From a virus (lineage: Duplodnaviria; Heunggongvirae; Uroviricota; Caudoviricetes), in IMG/VR virus record IMGVR_UViG_3300045993_000281, positions 1 to 33,090 of that record: DNA of 33,090 nucleotides, one strand, 5' to 3'. Shown here piece after piece: positions 14,870 to 21,465 of the stretch. Below the pieces are notes generated by a model. The model made no database searches, was not told the origin of the DNA, and saw only the letters and a list, made by a program, of their open reading frames with translations. The position numbers and the translations under genes were made by a program. Numbering within the stretch: position 1 is the stretch's first letter; each line of letters begins with the position of its first letter.

Positions 14870-15349
14870 TCACACAGTTACCGGTGATACGTTGCTGCCG
14901 AAGCCACCGAAACCATTACCGCGTTCCGTATGCTGTGCATTCCAGTCACGACCAACAGCTTGCTCACGTGATGCAATTGTGTAAGCCAACTGAATACGGC
15001 CAAGCATGAAACTGACTGTGTAGCCAATCGCAGCGTATACGATCACAGCGCTAACCACCAACGACACCAACGTCGATGTCGGGATGAAGAACAGCACGAA
15101 TGCCGATGCGTTATAGATCGAGTAACCCGCTGCCAAGCCGCCTGTCAATGCAAATGCGATAGGTAGAATAACAGCTTTGTTCAACGCATTGTACTTCGCG
15201 ACAGTGTTCAGTTCTTCCGTCGTGAAACCCGCGCCTGGATTCAAAGAGCGCGAGATACGCGCGCGCAATGTATCCGTAGCACGCTTGAAACCGTTAGCAG
15301 TTGAATCACTAACTTTTTTTGCTGCGCTTTTGATGTCTTTGACGTTCAT
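14870..15349 (-). CDS. Membrane protein (2-3 TM segments)
   Basis: GAGGAG SD; basic amphipathic N-terminus followed by long hydrophobic stretches. Confidence 0.7.
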   Translation of the reverse strand: MNVKDIKSAAKKVSDSTANGFKRATDTLRARISRSLNPGAGFTTEELNTVAKYNALNKAVILPIAFALTGGLAAGYSIYNASAFVLFFIPTSTLVSLVVSAVIVYAAIGYTVSFMLGRIQLAYTIASREQAVGRDWNAQHTERGNGFGGFGSNVSPVTV

Positions 15350-15375
15350 GTTGAAACTCCTCTATACAGGATTAA

Positions 15376-15408
15376 CAGCAGACGAAATTGTCCGCTGGGT
15401 GCTACGAA
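15376..15408 (-). promoter_or_regulatory. TTCGTAGCA motif plus hairpin (copy A)
   Basis: TTCGTAGCA-CC-CAGCGGAC-AATTTC-GTCTGCTG then TTAATCC and SD. Confidence 0.45.
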
Positions 15409-15409
15409 A

Positions 15410-15631
15410 CTAATCTAACGTACATATTTTGTAGTCGCCCATGTCTTTCAGACGTTGCCCAGAATGCGCGCATATTTGTCTCTGTTGCTCTTCTAACAAG
15501 ATCGCTTGCGCTGTAACTAATGCTGCATTGAATTTGCGTTCCTTGTACTCACTGTATTCGGCTTGCCCAAAGTAAACTAGTAAGCCAAACACAATTACCG
15601 CGACGAACAATTTCATTTTGGCTCCTCTCAT
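15410..15631 (-). CDS. Small protein with N-terminal TM/signal segment
   Basis: MKLFVAVIVFGLLVYFG (likely start 15616, GAGGAG upstream). Confidence 0.65.
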   Translation of the reverse strand: MRGAKMKLFVAVIVFGLLVYFGQAEYSEYKERKFNAALVTAQAILLEEQQRQICAHSGQRLKDMGDYKICTLD

Positions 15632-15648
15632 TTAATTATAAAGATATC

Positions 15649-15678
15649 ACACAAGGACACTCCTCAGTACCCTTGTGT
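15649..15678. other. Intergenic interrupted hairpin
   Basis: ACACAAGG-AC-ACT-cctc-AGT-AC-CCTTGTGT. Confidence 0.5.
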
Positions 15679-15684
15679 AAATCT

Positions 15685-15750
15685 TTACCTTACTGGAACC
15701 CATCCTTGACGTGTTTGTTTCCAAAAACGGCCATCGACGAATATCAGCAT
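15685..15750 (-). CDS. 21-aa micro-protein
   Basis: MLIFVDGRFWKQTRQGWVPVR with AGGAG SD. Confidence 0.45.
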   Translation of the reverse strand: MLIFVDGRFWKQTRQGWVPVR

Positions 15751-15802
15751 TTGTTTCTCCTAGTTGGTTGATCAAGCCTACTGTTACAGGACGTACGTGG
15801 TG

Positions 15803-15928
15803 CTAATGAAACCTGTTGAGAGCCTTTAGCGTCCTCATCAGACCGACGCTTGAACGTTCACGTCCGACTAGTAAGGATGAGATCTCATACAGAACATCTA
15901 ACAAGGCCTTACGGTACTCTTCGGACAT
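15803..15928 (-). CDS. 41-aa helical micro-protein
   Basis: MSEEYRKALLDVLYEISSLLVGRERSSVGLMRTLKALNRFH with AAGGAG SD. Confidence 0.6.
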   Translation of the reverse strand: MSEEYRKALLDVLYEISSLLVGRERSSVGLMRTLKALNRFH

Positions 15929-15966
15929 GATACTCTCCTTCTAAAAGATTGAGGGACGTACGGGGG

Positions 15967-15998
15967 TATTCATATAAGATACCCCGTTTTGCGCAAAT
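15967..15998 (-). repeat. 32-bp direct repeat, copy 1 (candidate early promoter/regulatory cassette)
   Basis: TATTCATATAAGATACCCC-G-TTTTGCGCAAAT on plus; 31/32 identical to 17295..17326. Confidence 0.8.
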
Positions 15999-16084
15999 TA
16001 CCAGGTGATACTTGATAGTATTACGATGATAACGAATACCACTGAGACTACATTTTCACGAGACAGCCACTTATTGTCGTTCAT
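15998..16084 (-). CDS. 28-aa single-TM micro-protein
   Basis: MNDNKWLSRENVVSVVFVIIVILSSITW; AAGGAG SD supports start 16084 rather than 16207. Confidence 0.6.
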   Translation of the reverse strand: MNDNKWLSRENVVSVVFVIIVILSSITW

Positions 16085-16259
16085 TTGAATCTCCTTTGTT
16101 AACCTACTCTCCAATACTATCCTCGCTACATCTACGAAGTCACGACAACCGTTCCCATTGAAGGGACGTACGACCTCACTAAACAAGGATACACGTTCCA
16201 GGCGCAATCGCCTTGTCTGTACTGCCAGCTGGAACCGGCAATACCAGATAGTACTGGAG

Positions 16260-16290
16260 AGTAAGCCCTCTCATGATGAAAAGGCTTACT
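16260..16290. other. Intergenic interrupted hairpin
   Basis: AGTAAGCC...GGCTTACT with inner TCA-tga-TGA. Confidence 0.5.
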
Positions 16291-16302
16291 ATTTCTAAGA
16301 AT

Positions 16303-16560
16303 TCAACTACCATTTGCTGGGTTAGCCGACATGACTGCCTTCATCATGCCCGTCATTGACGCCGATTCACCGCGATCAAAACCTGCATCGTATACAGTTC
16401 TCAATACCGTCTTGATTAGGTCGGGCTGCGTAGCTTCAGGTATCATGCTAATCAGAAAGCTAATGGCAGGGTTTTTTAGCATCTCTTCGAACCCTTCCTT
16501 TTTGTTTTCTGCTATTTCCTTGAATGTCTTCTCTGCAATTTCTTTCATGTCACGTGCCAT
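16303..16560 (-). CDS. Hypothetical protein
   Basis: 85-aa ORF with AGGAG SD. Confidence 0.7.
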   Translation of the reverse strand: MARDMKEIAEKTFKEIAENKKEGFEEMLKNPAISFLISMIPEATQPDLIKTVLRTVYDAGFDRGESASMTGMMKAVMSANPANGS

Positions 16561-16580
16561 TGCGATCTCCTATGTTGGAT

Positions 16581-16618
16581 TAAAAAGGCAACCCAAGATG
16601 GGCTGCCTATGCTACGAA
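16581..16618 (-). terminator. TTCGTAGCA motif plus terminator-like hairpin (copy B)
   Basis: AGGCAGCCCA-TCT-TGGGTTGCCT (10 bp with one G.U) followed by TTTTAATCC. Confidence 0.6.
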
Positions 16619-16794
16619 GTTGCTTTACTGTAAAACCTACAAATACTAAATGGGTGTACCGTCTCACGCTTCACGCTACATTTCAAGCTAAGTTTCTCTC
16701 GCACGGAATTATTACATGTTCCGCAGTTTCGATTCACTTTTACGCCAGGCGGGAAGGTAACAACAGTATTTGAGTCGAAGTGACGAACCGCCAT
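16612..16794 (-). CDS. Small Cys4 (putative zinc-binding) protein
   Basis: CGTC...C...C; AGG upstream; directly follows the SleB-like gene. Confidence 0.6.
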   Translation of the reverse strand: MAVRHFDSNTVVTFPPGVKVNRNCGTCNNSVREKLSLKCSVKRETVHPFSICRFYSKATS

Positions 16795-16797
16795 ATC

Positions 16798-17277
16798 CTA
16801 GTCCTTGTAAAAGACGTGGTCTCCAATTGTAACTGTTCTTGTAAACACTTTAGACCAATATGGTTTTACGTAGGTCGCGTGGAAATACATCGCGCCGTCC
16901 GTGTTATCCTCTTGTGTAACCATCGCTTCGATAGCAATCTCTTTTGATTTCTCGAAAGCGGTTAGATCGCGGATTCGTTTAGCAGTACCATCATACCAGG
17001 AGAACTGAGCGGGTTCTCGTATTATCTCACAAACGGTCTTAGATCGCGCCTTGGCACGGTTCAAGACTACGTGAGCAACGGCTAGTTTGCCAGCATCAGG
17101 TTCACCTCTGGCTTCGTGGTAGATATTCTCTGCCATACATTGAAGGGCATTTGCGGATATAGAAACTATCTTAACTGTTTCCAAAACTGCGGTCGGCATT
17201 ACATCGACCACCACGGTTGTGCTAACAAGAGCGGCCGCCATGATGTATAACAAAATTGAATTACGTAGAATTTTCAT
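16798..17277 (-). CDS. Cell wall hydrolase, SleB/Hydrolase_2 family, with N-terminal hydrophobic segment
   Basis: CMAENIYHEARGE...AVAHVVLNR...QFSW...GAMYFHA...IGDHVFY. Confidence 0.92.
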   Translation of the reverse strand: MKILRNSILLYIMAAALVSTTVVVDVMPTAVLETVKIVSISANALQCMAENIYHEARGEPDAGKLAVAHVVLNRAKARSKTVCEIIREPAQFSWYDGTAKRIRDLTAFEKSKEIAIEAMVTQEDNTDGAMYFHATYVKPYWSKVFTRTVTIGDHVFYKD

Positions 17278-17294
17278 TCACGTTCCTTTGGGGT

Positions 17295-17326
17295 TATTCA
17301 TATAAGATACCCCTTTTTGCGCAAAT
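17295..17326 (-). repeat. 32-bp direct repeat, copy 2
   Basis: TATTCATATAAGATACCCC-T-TTTTGCGCAAAT, between the lysis terminator and the SleB start. Confidence 0.8.
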
Positions 17327-17329
17327 AAT

Positions 17330-17358
17330 TACCTCCTGAAAGGGTATCCCAGGAGGTA
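17330..17358 (-). terminator. Hairpin ending the late/lysis transcript
   Basis: TACCTCCT...AGGAGGTA stem with inner GGG-ATA-CCC, 10 nt after the Rz stop, followed by ATTATTT. Confidence 0.5.
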
Positions 17359-17368
17359 TGTTTCTATT

Positions 17369-17929
17369 CTACTTTGCCTTCTTCAATGCTTCTATTACTG
17401 AATAGACGGATTTATACTCGGCAGCGCAAGAGGCAAGGAGGGCTTCGGTTTCGAAGTACTTTGCGTAATTACGACTGACGACACTGGCTGTTTGACTTGC
17501 TCCAATTCCGCTTTCCGCTCCAACCACAGCGGATTCGGGGGTTGGATATTGATTTGGGTTTCCATTGGTGGCGGCAAGGTTGTGCCAGCGCACCCAACCA
17601 ACGCTAACAGGGAAACGTAGATCAGCTTCTTTGGTAACATACTTGATCACCTCTTTCTCGCGAATCTCTAAATTAGTCTTGGTCGTCATCCGAGCAATAC
17701 CTAATTCAGTATCAGATTCTTTTTTGTTTGCTGCAATTTCGCTAGAAGCATCGGCAATAATCTTGGCTTGTTGCTGCTTAGCCTCAGTAACCTCTTTATC
17801 GCGCTTAAAACGATCCTGCTGGACTGCGTCCCATCGTAACCAGAAGACTCCTGCTACGACTCCAATTGCAGCCCACACCCGCCAATCCCGAAGGACTGGC
17901 ATAAGGTAGATGAGGGCGGACGTTAACAT
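17369..17929 (-). CDS. Inner-membrane spanin (Rz-like)
   Basis: N-terminal TM, coiled-coil, VGWVRWHNLAA...VSRNY pattern; last gene of the lysis cassette. Confidence 0.75.
   Translation of the reverse strand: MLTSALIYLMPVLRDWRVWAAIGVVAGVFWLRWDAVQQDRFKRDKEVTEAKQQQAKIIADASSEIAANKKESDTELGIARMTTKTNLEIREKEVIKYVTKEADLRFPVSVGWVRWHNLAATNGNPNQYPTPESAVVGAESGIGASQTASVVSRNYAKYFETEALLASCAAEYKSVYSVIEALKKAK
17395..17640 (-). CDS. Outer-membrane lipoprotein spanin (Rz1-like), embedded in Rz
   Basis: Signal peptide with lipobox LVGC, Pro-rich mature part, GAGGT SD; lies entirely inside Rz in another frame. Confidence 0.7.
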   Translation of the reverse strand: MLPKKLIYVSLLALVGCAGTTLPPPMETQINIQPPNPLWLERKAELEQVKQPVSSVVITQSTSKPKPSLPLALPSINPSIQ

Positions 17930-18123
17930 TACACGAAGCGCCTAACGAGGAAGCAGACTAATTCGTAAACAACAATAACGCATGCAGCTTGTACAATTGC
18001 GTATACAACATTGCTTACAAATGCTTTCTCAATCTTTATAATAACCTTTGCAGCCTCGGACGCGGAGATCTTTCCATCGCCGTCGGTATCCGCTTCTGCT
18101 AAAAACTTCTCTGCTATAGACAT
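17929..18123 (-). CDS. Small membrane protein with EF-hand-like loop
   Basis: D12-TDGDGKISAS-E23 canonical 12-residue loop; C-terminal hydrophobic helix then RRFV. Confidence 0.7.
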   Translation of the reverse strand: MSIAEKFLAEADTDGDGKISASEAAKVIIKIEKAFVSNVVYAIVQAACVIVVYELVCFLVRRFV

Positions 18124-18132
18124 AACTGTCTC

Positions 18133-18561
18133 CTATGGGTTAATAAATTCGATCCATACTTCTTCATTCCGCGCCCACACTAATGAGATCAGACTGAACA
18201 ATGCATCGAATGCTAACTTGCTCTTTCCTATCGAACCGTCGAGGTCTACATTACCTACTAGTAGACAGCCCTCTGTGTCGGCGATTTTATTGCCCACATG
18301 AATCAATATGTCGCTGTATCCTGGTACATCGACAATATGTGGCATGATGCAACCGAAATGAGGACTCTCCTTCGGCAGTACTTGGTAACGTCCCTGCGGT
18401 GTTGCTGTCTCGCCTTTGATCTTCCAAGACTCAACAGGCATACCTGGGACTTCTCTTATTGCATCCTCTAGCGTAAACATCAAGAGGGAGTCCCCTATGA
18501 AGAGACCCCCTTCTGTGACATTGTTTACGGTAGGGCTTCTGTGAACTTTTAAGTCTAGCAT
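18133..18561 (-). CDS. DUF5675 family protein (L,D-transpeptidase-like fold), probable endolysin
   Basis: FTLED...KIKGETATPQGRY...VPGYSDILIHVGN..DTEGCLLVG; sits between the holin-like gene and the spanins. Confidence 0.75.
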   Translation of the reverse strand: MLDLKVHRSPTVNNVTEGGLFIGDSLLMFTLEDAIREVPGMPVESWKIKGETATPQGRYQVLPKESPHFGCIMPHIVDVPGYSDILIHVGNKIADTEGCLLVGNVDLDGSIGKSKLAFDALFSLISLVWARNEEVWIEFINP

Positions 18562-18914
18562 TATTGTACCTTTGGAGGTTCTGGCAGAGCAGGTTGTTTA
18601 GATCTAAGATACGAGCTATACATTCCGACACCACCTAAATATGCCAAGCTTACGCCTAGCAACGCTGCAAGACCTATTGGATCTACTTTGTCGCTATCTG
18701 CGTACATATAGGGGCATGCAAAAGCTAGGAATACACCTACTGTTTGCCCTAACTTAGTCACGTCCCCTCTCTGGCTCCCTTGCGCGTCTTTGACCGATAG
18801 AAAGTCTGCCCATATAATGGCTGTCTTATCGTTATGCACAACACGAATTAATATCCATACAAGCAATAACAAGATCAGTAGACGCGACGCTACATCTATT
18901 GTTATTCCGAACAT
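18561..18914 (-). CDS. Putative holin
   Basis: 117 aa with three hydrophobic segments, first gene of the lysis cassette. Confidence 0.6.
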   Translation of the reverse strand: MFGITIDVASRLLILLLLVWILIRVVHNDKTAIIWADFLSVKDAQGSQRGDVTKLGQTVGVFLAFACPYMYADSDKVDPIGLAALLGVSLAYLGGVGMYSSYLRSKQPALPEPPKVQ

Positions 18915-18922
18915 GTTTGCTC

Positions 18923-20953
18923 CTATAAGAATGATACATGCGTCCCTTCGCAGGAAATCTCGCTCGTGGCGCCGCCCTGCCCTTGTATCTTGAAAGTAAT
19001 GGCTGCGGTGTCTATGTTTGTCAGAGAGCCTTGTCTAGCTAATGATTGCATCTGAGTGTCGTCTCCTGAATAATTGCTGAGGTAGCTCATTACGTATTTC
19101 TGAGTACTGGCCCCTGTCCTGAACACTTTGACCTGGATAGACCAAAAGACCGCTTGTCCACCGGACGCTCCGTTGGTGATAGCCCATGTACCAAGTGTAG
19201 TAGCCCCCAGTACAACACGTATAGTCTTAGTGCTGATTGCAGTGTAATACCCCCAAGCATGTAGTTCCAAACCGCTGCCGTTCTCAAATAAGCTGTTTGC
19301 AGGAAGTGTGTACGACACTAAGTCCGTATTGCCTGTACCGATGCAAACCGCAGAATTAGTTTGGACGAAGAGTCTACCACCAACCACAGGTTGTGCCGTA
19401 CTTGTTCCTGCACCTGCCAACACCTTTCCACGTAACGTAGTCTGTGTGATTGCGCTATTGCCTATTACCGCAGTATTAGAGCCTGTGCCTGCCGCGTCCG
19501 TCCCTATGACGATGCTATTATTATCAGTTCCAGCTGCACCGACAGTCCTACACCCAATAAACACATTGTCATAACCCGTTGTGTTCTGAAAGCTTCCAGT
19601 GGGCGGGGCGCCCGCATAAGAGCCTAAGAATGTGTTCTGAATGCCAGTGGTTATATTAAAACCAGCTCGTGCACCTATTGCAGTATTGTGTTCACCAAAC
19701 GTGCTTGAAACAAGCGCTGCGTAGCCTACTGCGGTACAGCTGGAACCACTCTTTAGGTTAAGAAGCGCGTTGCTGCCAAGCCCAACATTCTCAATTATAA
19801 ACCCTTGGACCGTTCCAGTCCCTGTCGGAACTCCTGTACATACAAACTCTACACCGACTGTGTTTGACGCTGCGCCTACTAGGGTATAATCTGTAGTGCC
19901 TACAGTGACAATCCTATAGGTGCGTCCCGTCATACTTACAAGCTCCACAGCTGAGATTACCTTTCCGGCAGAGCCCATTGCGGTGTAGCCTAAGGCAGTG
20001 CAGTTATTCGCATAGCCTGTTTTTGCCAAAGCGCCCGCTCCAACCCCCGTACAGAACCCTGTGAATTGAATGCCAACCCCGTAAGTCTCAAGCTGTGAGA
20101 GAACCCTATTGCCGATTGCTAAATTGTTACTAGATTCAATTGTATTTTGCAGCGCAGCATGCCCTACCGCTAAGTTGGCTAATGTACGGTTAGCAATGCT
20201 CTTAAGTGCGTTATGGCCAATAGCGATAGCGCCGTCAGAGGGTCTAACTGCCCTCCCCGATGGGAATCCGTTAGTAAGCGGAGGGGTAGCTACGAATACG
20301 GTGCCCACTGTGTTTGCAGCCGCACCTACAGCAGTGAAGTCACTTGTGCCAGTAGAGATAATCGTGTAAGTTTCTCCCGGGATTACATTAACCTGACTCG
20401 CAGCATCATATGTCTGGGTTACAGTGCCCGTCCCTATGGGTATCGTAGCACTTTGTACGTAAACCTCTCCTACTGTATTTGACGTCGCCCCACAGAGTGT
20501 GAAGTCCGTAGTCCCTATAGAGACTATTCTGCAAGTTTGTCCGTTCTTTACAGATGTGGCGGCAACAACACCTACGTAGGAAGAGAGCGCTTTTGAGCCC
20601 AAGGCCACGTGATAATTACCCCAAACTGTAAGCGCCATAGCAGAAGCGCCTACAGCCACGTTATCTGTCTGAGTAATATTCGCAGCCAACGCACCATTGC
20701 CGAAGGCCGTATTACGTAGGCCTCCAGCAATAGCAGTTAAGGCGGACTCGCCAAAGCCTGTATTAGTGGCACTTGCATCGTCTGGCCCCCGATAGTTAAG
20801 AGCGGCGACCAAACGCCCACCAGCATTAATCTCTACCTTGTATCTGTTAAGGTTAATAAGGTTTGCATCTAGCTGCGCATACGACAGCTCACCACCATTA
20901 TTTGTGACTGTAGGTGTCGCATCTGACGTCTGCCGCGTAGTGATAGCTGTCAT
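18923..20953 (-). CDS. Fibre/adhesin with beta-helix (YadA-head-like) repeats
   Basis: NTAFGNGAL/NTAIGARAG-type repeats, three inserted approx. 35-40-aa modules, N-terminal TAITTR...ELSYAQLDANLINL anchor-like motif. Confidence 0.7.
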   Translation of the reverse strand: MTAITTRQTSDATPTVTNNGGELSYAQLDANLINLNRYKVEINAGGRLVAALNYRGPDDASATNTGFGESALTAIAGGLRNTAFGNGALAANITQTDNVAVGASAMALTVWGNYHVALGSKALSSYVGVVAATSVKNGQTCRIVSIGTTDFTLCGATSNTVGEVYVQSATIPIGTGTVTQTYDAASQVNVIPGETYTIISTGTSDFTAVGAAANTVGTVFVATPPLTNGFPSGRAVRPSDGAIAIGHNALKSIANRTLANLAVGHAALQNTIESSNNLAIGNRVLSQLETYGVGIQFTGFCTGVGAGALAKTGYANNCTALGYTAMGSAGKVISAVELVSMTGRTYRIVTVGTTDYTLVGAASNTVGVEFVCTGVPTGTGTVQGFIIENVGLGSNALLNLKSGSSCTAVGYAALVSSTFGEHNTAIGARAGFNITTGIQNTFLGSYAGAPPTGSFQNTTGYDNVFIGCRTVGAAGTDNNSIVIGTDAAGTGSNTAVIGNSAITQTTLRGKVLAGAGTSTAQPVVGGRLFVQTNSAVCIGTGNTDLVSYTLPANSLFENGSGLELHAWGYYTAISTKTIRVVLGATTLGTWAITNGASGGQAVFWSIQVKVFRTGASTQKYVMSYLSNYSGDDTQMQSLARQGSLTNIDTAAITFKIQGQGGATSEISCEGTHVSFL

Positions 20954-20961
20954 ATTATTCC

Positions 20962-21450
20962 TTAAGCTGCGGTGAAGTTAATTTTCCAAGTAATAGCCAT
21001 GCTATCACCTGCTGCCTTAGTAACAGTGCCAAACACAGTACGGGCAAACGCGATACCTACAGCGTTCGTTCCGCTGTTGAACAAGAACGCTTCTTGAATA
21101 GCGCCTGTGCCTACACCTGGCGCAAATGTGCATTGGTATGTTACGTTATCGTTTGCGGATACGGTAGTGCCCTGAGCTGCTGCAGGGCTTAGCGCAACTT
21201 TAGAACCAATCATCGTAGCAACGCAACTCGCTTCATTATTACCTGTTGCAGCAGCGGTGCCGCTTGTGCCTACACCCATATGGGATATAACAGCCTGCGC
21301 TACACCTATCATACGCGATGTAATAAAGTCTTTGCCGAGGAGCAGAACTAAGTTTTTCTCCTGACGAAACTCTTTAGTGATGCCTGTAGCGAAGTCCCAT
21401 ACATGTATGTCCAACTGGCCGCTAACAGCCAAGCCATCAATAGATTTCAT
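20962..21450 (-). CDS. Virion structural protein (fibre attachment/adaptor-like)
   Basis: KNLV...G.DFI...MGVGTSGT...GTGAIQEAFLFN...FARTVF..VTK..GDS..ITWKINF pattern typical of fibre-associated proteins. Confidence 0.6.
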   Translation of the reverse strand: MKSIDGLAVSGQLDIHVWDFATGITKEFRQEKNLVLLLGKDFITSRMIGVAQAVISHMGVGTSGTAAATGNNEASCVATMIGSKVALSPAAAQGTTVSANDNVTYQCTFAPGVGTGAIQEAFLFNSGTNAVGIAFARTVFGTVTKAAGDSMAITWKINFTAA

Positions 21451-21465
21451 TTGTTTCCTTTAAAG

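Noticed and set aside
15967-17326. 32-bp repeat as a canonical sigma70 promoter, att site or terminal repeat
   Set aside because: TTGCGC plus 17 nt gives no good -10 hexamer; no integrase is seen; too short and internal for a terminal repeat. Kept only as an unresolved regulatory repeat.
9683-19287. Alternative-frame minus-strand ORFs (9683-9865, 11595-11777, 18431-18634, 19090-19287)
   Set aside because: They overlap stronger genes in other frames, with no SD or lipoprotein/other signature, unlike the Rz1 ORF.
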